Origin: a virus
Length of the DNA stretch: 64,000 nucleotides
Virus record (IMG/VR): IMGVR_UViG_3300050821_006280
Span: 1 to 64,000 of that record
Strand: one strand, 5' to 3'
Below the pieces are notes generated by a model, which was not told the origin of the DNA, ran no database searches, and was given only the letters and a program-made list of their open reading frames with translations. Shown piece by piece: positions 1 through 8,446 of the stretch. Made by a program: the position numbers and the translations under genes. Numbering within the stretch: position 1 is the stretch's first letter; each line of letters opens with the position of its first letter.

Positions 1-143
1 GTAATTTGTTCTAGTAATCGGCGGCCCAAGATGTCTATCTCGAATGTCACTTCTTGCACATCAGCGCCATCGTCGTAGTCACGAGCGGATTGATCAGAGA
101 TATAAAATCTTGCTGTTCTTTCGCTTAGAACCACAACATCCAT
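1..143 (-). CDS. Hypothetical protein, partial (runs off left edge)
   Basis: Open minus-strand frame MDVVVLSERTARFYISDQSARDYDDG... read manually; not in the ORF track. Confidence 0.35.
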   Translation of the reverse strand, partial: MDVVVLSERTARFYISDQSARDYDDGADVQEVTFEIDILGRRLLEQI

Positions 144-351
144 CCTCCACCACATGAGCGTGCTGCGCTCTGATCATACCGACTACAACATCTCTTCTTT
201 TTGGTTTAACAGACATTGAACGCCATAAGCAAACCCAGATGACCAGTACGAAATTGGTAGCAAATATAAACATACACAAAATCATATACTTATACGGATG
301 TCGTAATCTACTGATCTCTGGTTCGTATAAGACGAAGAGAGGTTAACGAAC

Positions 352-885
352 ATGTCCAATCAGAACGGGATTTTCGCCACGATACTAGGCTGCCTACTGT
401 CCTTGCTCTTTGGTGGTTGCATTCACTACCCGTCGCACGGCTACGTCATCGTCGACGTGGCACCTGAAGTCACCGCGATGATCGCCCTGGATGACCAGGG
501 TCAGCCGACCATCCGAATCGCCGACTATGTTGGCAAAGGGATCCACTACTGGGACGTAGTGGGGTGCCAGTTCGTGCTCCCGCAGGAAGCCCCGAACGCG
601 CTCGGCCAGCACCTCCAGATCGTCGAAGCGTCAACGATAGAAGCAGACATAGTTGCCGGCGGCGACGCCGTGGCCTGGTACGATTCAACTGACGGCAAGA
701 TCAAGCTGAACGCGGCGAATCTGCCAGAAGCCTTCCCGGGCTACTGGGCGGATACCTGGGCACATGAGATCGGCCACGCGCTGGGTCTAGGCCACTTAGA
801 TGGATCAGCGATCATGAATCCTTACTTCATCGACGATCACTTAGAATCCGCCGATATCATAGCTTTTGAAAACATGACTCACTAG
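352..885 (+). CDS. Matrixin-like (metzincin, M10-type) zinc metalloprotease, probable lipoprotein
   Basis: HEIGHALGLGH (HExxHxxGxxH) followed by Met-turn SAIMNP; hydrophobic N-terminus ending LLFGG-C; upstream RBS GAGG. Confidence 0.8.
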   Translation: MSNQNGIFATILGCLLSLLFGGCIHYPSHGYVIVDVAPEVTAMIALDDQGQPTIRIADYVGKGIHYWDVVGCQFVLPQEAPNALGQHLQIVEASTIEADIVAGGDAVAWYDSTDGKIKLNAANLPEAFPGYWADTWAHEIGHALGLGHLDGSAIMNPYFIDDHLESADIIAFENMTH

Positions 886-3191
886 AGCGCGGGAAGGCTT
901 AACCTGCGATTGAAGGATATCTTCAATCCTCCAATTATGAGAGTCGACGCAGACGCAGCCGCGCCAGCAAACATCTCGAAAACCATATTAAGAGGGAATA
1001 CTAGCGGAATGTTGCTCGATGAAGCGACTTGAACCTCGTTCAAGAACACAAGTCCTATCTTTCCCAACGGACTAGAAGCTCCGTGAGCCTCTATTCTCAC
1101 TCTTAGCGAACTAGCATCTGTTGCCCCCGGGTCGACTGCAACACCGCTGTCGATCGTCGTTGTTGTTGCTGATTGAATAAAATCCACCTGCCAGTTCGCG
1201 CTACCAGACTGCGCACGAATATGAATTGCGTTCGTTGAAGACGATTGCGGATCATTATTGCTATCCAGACCAGCGTATGCCGTGTATGTCCCATTCGCAC
1301 TCAATCCAAGATCGAATTCAATCACGATCGAAGTAGTAGTCCCAATTCTTACCAACGGACCAGCCGAATACAAAGATGCCTTGCTTCCGTTGGTGGCTGA
1401 CGTTTCAATTCCTACTGCGGGTGCCGCATAGTTTGAAGACGGTCCGCCAGCCGATGGGAGAATGGTTCCGCCAGAGGCAATTAGAGCAGACCAACGCGGA
1501 AGGGTAGCGATTGGAGTGGCTGACGCAACAATCGCTACCGCAGGGGTCACCCAGTTTTCGACCAGATCAAAGGTACGGCCCATACGATAACCGTTATGAT
1601 CGATGAGCCCACGAATATTGCCTGCTGCATCTTCCCAGGTCTGTTGTGGTTTCGTGTTGCTGACTGTCCCATGGACGATTATGCCAATTCCAGTCACTCC
1701 ACCAGTGAATTCCCCGCCAATTCCACTTCCGTTTCCGACTGCAAGAATCGATGTCTGATTTGCAGTATTACCTGTCGCAAGTGTTACCTGATTATTGGTC
1801 CAGCTTGACCACGTACCTGGAGGATCGTTAGTTCCAGCTGGCTCGCTAAACAGATCTATGGCATTCGCCGTATAGCGCATTAAGGATGCAGCACCAGCCA
1901 CATCCTTCGTCCATACAACGCCATTACGATAAGCATTCTGAGTCCAATAAAGGGCTCCAGCGCTATCTGTGTAGAGACGAGAGTTGCCAGTGCCATCCGT
2001 CCCAGGAGAATGCAACAGAAGCGAATAGTCCAGAACAGAGTGCGGCATATAGATCATAGGCGCCTGATCAAACGGCGCTTCTGTGATCATGCGAACGACG
2101 TCGATTACACCTGCACGCTCGTCAAACCTATAATAGGACGTAGGATCAAGAATCTGAAGATACGCTTGGAAGTTGTCGAGCTGTAGAACTGTACCCGCCG
2201 TCGGGAAGACACAGCTACTGAAGAAGAAACCAACTCGAATCAAAGTGACAGTATTCGCAGGAGCAGTGAATGTCGCGTCCACCAGTCTGTAAACACCGTC
2301 GATCGTATTCGTGTTACTTACGAACGTCGAATAGACCTCGGTCAGCACAGCTCCAAACTGATCGCCCCAGTCAACATAGACAAAGATATTTCCGCTCGTT
2401 GGCACTTGCAGTAACTTCATGTACAGGCGATAACGCAGAACCTGCCCGGCCGTTGCCGGTACATTCTGATCCTGATATATGGTGCCGTTGACCGTGGCGG
2501 GGCTCGCTGTGGTCACCAGCTCCAAATCTTTGAAGCCACCGCTCGGAGCTGGATTCGTGTTCAGCTGGAGATGAGCGCTCCCGCCGCCAAAACCACTTGT
2601 ATACGTCCAGAACGGTAACTGCTGTGGCGCAAGAGCAACGCCTCCAGGGCCACGCTCAAAGCCACCGTTTCTAATCAACGGGTCCCACGGAACAGCTTCC
2701 AATGGTCGATTCAGGAATGCTGAACTACGAGTAGCGTACGTGATATTAGCAGCTGGGATTGTGCCGCTTGCTGGCACCGTCACCTGGCCAAGAACGATGA
2801 TGCTACCAGCTGGAGCCGCATTGTACTGAGCCTGCGTATAGGCATTCAGTGTCGCAGTGGAGTCCACGCCGATGCTGTATGTAGCCTCGATTCCGATGTA
2901 GATGGTTTGGCTTGTGAACGCAGCCAAGCTCACATCGAAGTCTCCTGACATGTGCACAGTCAGTGAGTAACGAGGGGCTGCTTGCGTCTCGTACACCGCC
3001 ACATGGTCATCCGTGGTCGCGTCGGACTCAATCGTGATACTAAGGACAGTCGCGCTTGGAGTGATCGCGAACCCGCGGTAGATACCGGCAGCAATCGCCG
3101 TCATCTTCTGGTTGAGACCCTCGGAGACGTAGGTCTCGCGCCACCGCATCCTTAGGTTGTTCGTAATCGTGCTCAGCAGCGTACCAGCCAT
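882..3191 (-). CDS. Tail fibre / receptor-binding protein with carbohydrate-binding-like domain
   Basis: Last gene of the baseplate block; G/T/S/A-rich beta composition; LIRNGGFE...LQLDNFQ resembles a CBM4/9-like jelly roll. Confidence 0.6.
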   Translation of the reverse strand: MAGTLLSTITNNLRMRWRETYVSEGLNQKMTAIAAGIYRGFAITPSATVLSITIESDATTDDHVAVYETQAAPRYSLTVHMSGDFDVSLAAFTSQTIYIGIEATYSIGVDSTATLNAYTQAQYNAAPAGSIIVLGQVTVPASGTIPAANITYATRSSAFLNRPLEAVPWDPLIRNGGFERGPGGVALAPQQLPFWTYTSGFGGGSAHLQLNTNPAPSGGFKDLELVTTASPATVNGTIYQDQNVPATAGQVLRYRLYMKLLQVPTSGNIFVYVDWGDQFGAVLTEVYSTFVSNTNTIDGVYRLVDATFTAPANTVTLIRVGFFFSSCVFPTAGTVLQLDNFQAYLQILDPTSYYRFDERAGVIDVVRMITEAPFDQAPMIYMPHSVLDYSLLLHSPGTDGTGNSRLYTDSAGALYWTQNAYRNGVVWTKDVAGAASLMRYTANAIDLFSEPAGTNDPPGTWSSWTNNQVTLATGNTANQTSILAVGNGSGIGGEFTGGVTGIGIIVHGTVSNTKPQQTWEDAAGNIRGLIDHNGYRMGRTFDLVENWVTPAVAIVASATPIATLPRWSALIASGGTILPSAGGPSSNYAAPAVGIETSATNGSKASLYSAGPLVRIGTTTSIVIEFDLGLSANGTYTAYAGLDSNNDPQSSSTNAIHIRAQSGSANWQVDFIQSATTTTIDSGVAVDPGATDASSLRVRIEAHGASSPLGKIGLVFLNEVQVASSSNIPLVFPLNMVFEMFAGAAASASTLIIGGLKISFNRRLSLPAL

Positions 3192-3202
3192 GATCTGTGC
3201 TC

Positions 3203-3664
3203 CTAGAAATCGATGTAGATGAAGTGTTCAAGCGTCTTGTCGACCGTCTTCACTTCCATTGGGAAAGTCGAATACACCAACATCACGTTGCTGGCGTCGA
3301 ACACCCCTAACTCAAAGAACTGGGGCGGATTATTGTTCGACGTGAGATTCGCTTCGCCTGTGTCAACAAAGCAGTGAACCCTGGCGCGACGCGGCGCTAT
3401 GTATACAAGATCAGAAATGATCACGAAGTTCTTCGTGAAGATAAAGCTATAGTCACCGCCGGTATAGATTCCTGTTCCGGCAGTCAGCGCCGTCAGTGTC
3501 GGATCAGGGCTATTTGGCTGGTGGCCATTTACTGTATTTGTCCAACCACCGCAGCCGATGATGAAATGGTGTGGCAGAGTAATAGAGGCTCCGCCGTTAC
3601 CATAGAACTGAGCCAGCTCGGACCGCCAGCCATTGCTCACGACTGCGTTTACGATATTGGACAT
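3203..3664 (-). CDS. Baseplate/tail-fibre attachment protein
   Basis: FFELGVFD...MLVYSTFP..VKT motif typical of tail-collar/fibre N-terminal anchor domains; position in baseplate block. Confidence 0.6.
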   Translation of the reverse strand: MSNIVNAVVSNGWRSELAQFYGNGGASITLPHHFIIGCGGWTNTVNGHQPNSPDPTLTALTAGTGIYTGGDYSFIFTKNFVIISDLVYIAPRRARVHCFVDTGEANLTSNNNPPQFFELGVFDASNVMLVYSTFPMEVKTVDKTLEHFIYIDF

Positions 3665-3677
3665 CAGCTAGATCCTT

Positions 3678-6600
3678 TCACGGCACAACGCGAACAACGA
3701 TATCATCCAAGAACCATCCTTCGTATGTCGGATCAACGACTACGCTCGTAACGGTGTCGAAGTTCCACCTTACTCTGAATTGTCCAGCACCAACAACAGC
3801 TGTCGTTATATTGAGAACGATATATGCCCATTGGGCAGGAGTCGAATAACCGCTCCCAGCTCGCACTGACAGGCCAGTGGCGTCCAGGTTCCCCACTTGG
3901 TTTTTGTTGAAGTGCTGTAGAACGACGCCGACCGAGTTGACAATATCAACTGATGCCAAGTAGTTAGTCATGCCGGATTCGGCAAAGAAGTAGTGCCAAA
4001 ACTCAGCTGTCACTGTGGTCGCTGCGCTAACTGGTCCGATCAAGGGCGAAGACAAAGACCCCGCATTCGGCCTGGCGCCAAGATCAATTCGATTCTGGAA
4101 CGGAGTGTTCGGGTCGGTGATTCCATATGCAAACAATGCCGATCCAGAAGGCTTCAATCCAGCGGCCAAGAAATAGCTCTCGCCGGATGGTCTGGTCTGG
4201 CTTACATGCCAAAGGCCCGTCCCCAGCCAACTATTCGCCAGTGGCGACGTTCCATCGACGTGCTCCTCCAAGATGAACGGAGTCACCTGGTTCGAGGTCG
4301 ATGTCGCCACCATCTGATCAAACCCGTTACCCGTTCCACCTGTAGTGGTTCCTGGAGTCGCTAACGCATCCGCTGTCCATTCTTCTGCATCATCGTAAAG
4401 CGGCGCGAAAGACACGGGATCCAGGTTGTCTTCTTTGATCGAGCTGGATGCCATAAATGCTGGAAACGTCGCGATACCTGGCCCCGGATCGTAGACGAAT
4501 TGTGCGAAGCGAATATGGACCGGCACCAGCGGCTTGAGTCGGTTCGTCAGTCTGGTTCCAGGATCATCAGCCAAGGCCGCTGGATCGGCCAGGATGGCAT
4601 CTGGGGTCATGAGCACGCGGATAATGCTCGCCCGGCACCAATCGCACTCAGGGATGATATTGGGTACGTAGCTGATGTAGATCGATGTCCCCTGGACAGG
4701 AATCACCGCAGTTACCAGCTCGATGTTCAGACGGGTCCCATCCCAGGCCATCGACTCGATCCATGCCGAGGTCCCGTCGCTAAATGTCACTTCCCAGTTT
4801 CCCTGCTGGACCGGCGCAAGCAGCGGCTCATCGCCAGCGTAGGGACCCGACAGATTAGTCATCACCCTGACGCGATGACCAGTGAACCCCGTGTATTGCG
4901 GGCCGAAATTCTGTACTGCGGGAGTACCAGAGATTATCGTCGGAATTGTCGCCGCTAACGGTACGGCTCTCCACGTAACCGTACCAGCTCCAGCAACAGG
5001 AGTATTCGGAGCGAGCACCTCGAACGAATACTGGGTATTGCTTAGGAGCTGGAAATTCTCTACCTTGAACGAGTTCGCCGCCACATCAACGAATACTGCC
5101 TGAGGGAATGCGAGCGAGCGATTCATCTGCCCCGCATTCGGGGTGACTACGACGCTGTTCCTAAAATCCGTCCCCTCAGTCCGAATGAAGGTAACGGAGT
5201 TAACCGTCACATTCTGGATCAAGTCTGGGAACGTTGGACTGAAATCAAACAGATCAGTCGTAACGAAATCTGCTGGAATCTCATCCATTACAGCTCGTCG
5301 CGGATCAATATCAGTGTAGTACCCGGTGAATGACACCGCCTGCTCAAGTTTTAGTGGACTGACAGCACCAATAGTCGCCAAGACGATCGCTGTTTCAGCA
5401 ATTGTCGACGATACTGTTGCCGTGAAGACTCCGCTCCCATTTGTTATTCCACTCGTGGCAGAAAATGTTAGACCCAGATCTTGCGTCGATAGCGATACAG
5501 GCTGGCCGACAATAGGATTATTAGTGTTATCAAGAACAGTTACCGTAAGCGTTATGGTTGCAACGCCATCAGCCAATGCCGATGGAGGCGAAAAAGTAAA
5601 TGTCGAATGCCCGCTCCTCGATGGCAACGTGAGCGACGATCTGTTTCTCGGAATGACGATATTAAAGACATTGATTACCGGCAGAAGGGGCACCCAGTAC
5701 GAGGCGATCCGATAAAGTCCGAAGGAGCGTACGAAGAATCCCGCAATCGCCCCCATGTACTTGTAGCCATCCGCGGAGCCCTTGATATCCCAGAGCTGGA
5801 ACGAATGGTTGACAAACGAACGTTGAAAAGGAATCGGATCGTGACGATCTATCTCGACAGCGAAATCGGACCCCAAGATTGCCAGAATGTGCTGTGAATT
5901 AACTGTTCCGTCTTCTGGGTACGAAACAGATATCGAGAGATTGTCAGCAATCCCCGCATCCTTCGTGTACAGCACAATCGTACCCGTCGAGAAGTTGACC
6001 GTGCTCCCATTCCCTAGATCACCAGTCAACTGACCCGTCGGCGTGAATACACCGACCCGAGGAGTAGCCCCCTCGGTCCACCGAACGGTTGTCGGTTTCT
6101 CAGCAAGATCTGGTGCTGAGAGAGTGAAGATGTATGGAGGAGCAGTCACTCCATCAGCGACGTGCCCTGCCGCATATTGTCCGGCATTTGGTGTCTCAAC
6201 GATCGGGATCCGGGTGTACGTCAAAGTGATTGAAAGATTGTCTGCTGTCTTGAAGTCTTTGGTATAGACAGTGATCAATCCGGTCAGAAAGTTGACCGAG
6301 CTGCCGAGCCCAAGATCCCCGTTTGGTTGGCCCTTGTTGTTGAGACTACCTGCTTTAGCAGCTCCCGATTCCCTCCACGTTATCTGAATCGCATTGGCAG
6401 CAATGGGCGGGAAGGCAACGGTAAAAATATATGGCGGGGCTGTTGTTCCATCGTTGACATGTCCAGCCTGATACTGACCAACGATTGGATTTTCGTTGAA
6501 AACAAGCGCGCCAGAGACCATGGGAACCGTCTCTTGAGCAGCCTGAGAGATATTGCTGACAATGATATTCTTTGCGGTCGCCATCCCTGTGAATGGATCA

Positions 6601-7040
6601 ATGGGGATTGGGCTAGTGAAATCCCCAGGGACTGCTGACGAGTTGATCTCGACGATATTGAAGCGGGTCTGGGTGAAATCCTGAAGAGTCTGACCGAGGC
6701 GAATTGAAGTGAACTTGTCGCCATTTATGCCGTTACTGATGAATACACGCGATGTTCCGTCCCCGAGATTATCAACCTGGAGGATCTGGATTGTCTCGCT
6801 GAAAGTCTGATCGGTAGGAGCAAGAAAAACATCACGCAAGTCATCAAAGTCACGTATTTTCCTACGTGACTCGTCCATGGATTGCCCAACCACCTGGAGC
6901 AGCTCGCCAAGTCTATTGTTGCCAACGCTCTGATCGAGATCCTTATAAATATCTGGCACAGCTCCAGCTATGGCCTTTAATGCCCATGGCCACTGGCCAA
7001 AGCCGCCGCTACCAAATGGTCCTTTGCCAAATCCAGGCAC
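3678..7040 (-). CDS. Baseplate wedge protein (P2 gpI / T4 gp7-like) with inserted repeat and Ig-like domains
   Basis: VPDIYKDLD, LAILGSDF, LWDIKGS and LKPLVPVHI motifs; two ~95-aa repeats; Big_1-like segment. Confidence 0.65.
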   Translation of the reverse strand: MPGFGKGPFGSGGFGQWPWALKAIAGAVPDIYKDLDQSVGNNRLGELLQVVGQSMDESRRKIRDFDDLRDVFLAPTDQTFSETIQILQVDNLGDGTSRVFISNGINGDKFTSIRLGQTLQDFTQTRFNIVEINSSAVPGDFTSPIPIDPFTGMATAKNIIVSNISQAAQETVPMVSGALVFNENPIVGQYQAGHVNDGTTAPPYIFTVAFPPIAANAIQITWRESGAAKAGSLNNKGQPNGDLGLGSSVNFLTGLITVYTKDFKTADNLSITLTYTRIPIVETPNAGQYAAGHVADGVTAPPYIFTLSAPDLAEKPTTVRWTEGATPRVGVFTPTGQLTGDLGNGSTVNFSTGTIVLYTKDAGIADNLSISVSYPEDGTVNSQHILAILGSDFAVEIDRHDPIPFQRSFVNHSFQLWDIKGSADGYKYMGAIAGFFVRSFGLYRIASYWVPLLPVINVFNIVIPRNRSSLTLPSRSGHSTFTFSPPSALADGVATITLTVTVLDNTNNPIVGQPVSLSTQDLGLTFSATSGITNGSGVFTATVSSTIAETAIVLATIGAVSPLKLEQAVSFTGYYTDIDPRRAVMDEIPADFVTTDLFDFSPTFPDLIQNVTVNSVTFIRTEGTDFRNSVVVTPNAGQMNRSLAFPQAVFVDVAANSFKVENFQLLSNTQYSFEVLAPNTPVAGAGTVTWRAVPLAATIPTIISGTPAVQNFGPQYTGFTGHRVRVMTNLSGPYAGDEPLLAPVQQGNWEVTFSDGTSAWIESMAWDGTRLNIELVTAVIPVQGTSIYISYVPNIIPECDWCRASIIRVLMTPDAILADPAALADDPGTRLTNRLKPLVPVHIRFAQFVYDPGPGIATFPAFMASSSIKEDNLDPVSFAPLYDDAEEWTADALATPGTTTGGTGNGFDQMVATSTSNQVTPFILEEHVDGTSPLANSWLGTGLWHVSQTRPSGESYFLAAGLKPSGSALFAYGITDPNTPFQNRIDLGARPNAGSLSSPLIGPVSAATTVTAEFWHYFFAESGMTNYLASVDIVNSVGVVLQHFNKNQVGNLDATGLSVRAGSGYSTPAQWAYIVLNITTAVVGAGQFRVRWNFDTVTSVVVDPTYEGWFLDDIVVRVVP

Positions 7041-7052
7041 TTACATCACCGC

Positions 7053-7232
7053 TTAAAGAGCCTTGATTCTGCCAGTTATTGCAGGCACTAAGACGATCAG
7101 TCCAGTCACAGGAATCTGTTGGATCATTTTATGACCCACCTGATTGGCATAGTTGATCATTGCCTTCAGCCGAGGCACTTCGTGAAAGGTCCCCGTTGGA
7201 ATACTGATCGGTTTCACTGTCGCAGTAATCAT
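7053..7232 (-). CDS. Hypothetical protein (59 aa)
   Basis: Re-started at ATG 7232 with RBS AAGGAG; fills the gap between structural genes. Confidence 0.55.
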   Translation of the reverse strand: MITATVKPISIPTGTFHEVPRLKAMINYANQVGHKMIQQIPVTGLIVLVPAITGRIKAL

Positions 7233-7245
7233 CGCTGGGATCTCC

Positions 7246-7971
7246 TTACAGAGCCGCCTGCCAGCTAACAATGCCCACGAAGGTCGGATCATCGACATAC
7301 ACATCCATGAAGGTGCCATTCGTGTCGATATTACCGATCCTGCAATTTGTACGCGGAGTTCCTGGACCCATGGAGCACTGAAAGTTAAATACCGATGCTC
7401 CAGCAACTCCAAAGCTTTGAGCAAACGTCACGCGTCTCGATCCTGTGGTGCTATCAGGACCGACCGTTACTCCGTCAAACGAGACTCGACCTCGCTCCTC
7501 GTGGCCTGGTCCAGCAACCGCAGGGAATGGATTGATGACTTGACCGTCAGTAATACTGTTCCCACGAATGAAGTACACCGATGACGCCCGGCGAATGCAG
7601 AATACGAGCGCATCATTCGTATTCGGCACGGAGGTCGCCACCGTCAACGTTACATTCATGTTCGTGAGCGGAGATCTCGTTAGAACCAGATAAGCCATCT
7701 GGCCGTCACTGAGGACCACGCTGCCAGCAGGAATCGTGAGTACGTGACCCGTGATCATATTCACGAAATCGATTCCCGCTGACCACGTCAATGCACCGCT
7801 AGATGCAACGAATGAAAACGTCGCAGTGCTGCTGAGGATCAAATGGCGATCTTCGCGAGACGCATATCCCGAGGCATCGACCTGAGTAGCAAAAGCCTGA
7901 AAGTCGTCAAACCACGGATCCGCATCTTCTTCTGGGTACGGCCACTGCATCCTGTCGGTGATATTAGCCAC
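7246..7971 (-). CDS. Putative virion structural protein (fibre/baseplate associated)
   Basis: Beta-rich 241-aa ORF inside the baseplate operon. Confidence 0.5.
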   Translation of the reverse strand: MANITDRMQWPYPEEDADPWFDDFQAFATQVDASGYASREDRHLILSSTATFSFVASSGALTWSAGIDFVNMITGHVLTIPAGSVVLSDGQMAYLVLTRSPLTNMNVTLTVATSVPNTNDALVFCIRRASSVYFIRGNSITDGQVINPFPAVAGPGHEERGRVSFDGVTVGPDSTTGSRRVTFAQSFGVAGASVFNFQCSMGPGTPRTNCRIGNIDTNGTFMDVYVDDPTFVGIVSWQAAL

Positions 7972-8010
7972 TGATCGTACCCTTTCTGGCGTGTCGCATC
8001 GATCCGCTGC

Positions 8011-8436
8011 CTACCCAGCTATGATCGTTACTGGCTGCTTAACGATGAACTCGGATACTTCTATCACGGGGTAAGTCTTCCCGCCACTGAGCACAACCCA
8101 GACATCGAATACGTAGGTATCCGCTTCCAGTTTGTAGGTATCCAATGGGCCGAAATGGATCACGGCAACACCGGAAGTCGTTGGCGCCGTAAAGGAAATC
8201 TGGGTCACGTCGGTTGAAACCTTCTTGATCAGCAGGATTGGATTTCCGGGCTCACTGCGAACGGAGCAGTACATCACCGCTCCGGCTAGATCTACAGACA
8301 CATCCGCTGGTAAATTTGTCCGCGGATCGATACCTGGCTGGGTCAAATCGACTTCGATATCCTTCGATTGACCCTTGTAAATCTCGATCGCATTTCCGCT
8401 CTTTGTGATTTTTGAGTTGACTGCGGTCAGTGCCAT
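8011..8436 (-). CDS. BppU-N-like / Ig-fold structural protein
   Basis: IEIYKGQS...VDLAGA...YVFDVWV pattern typical of the phage baseplate upper-protein fold; RBS AAGGAGG. Confidence 0.55.
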   Translation of the reverse strand: MALTAVNSKITKSGNAIEIYKGQSKDIEVDLTQPGIDPRTNLPADVSVDLAGAVMYCSVRSEPGNPILLIKKVSTDVTQISFTAPTTSGVAVIHFGPLDTYKLEADTYVFDVWVVLSGGKTYPVIEVSEFIVKQPVTIIAG

Positions 8437-8446
8437 AGCGTCCTCC

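Noticed and set aside
94-285. 63-aa hydrophobic ORF
   Set aside because: No clear RBS or motif, and it overlaps another candidate frame; could be real but is unsupported
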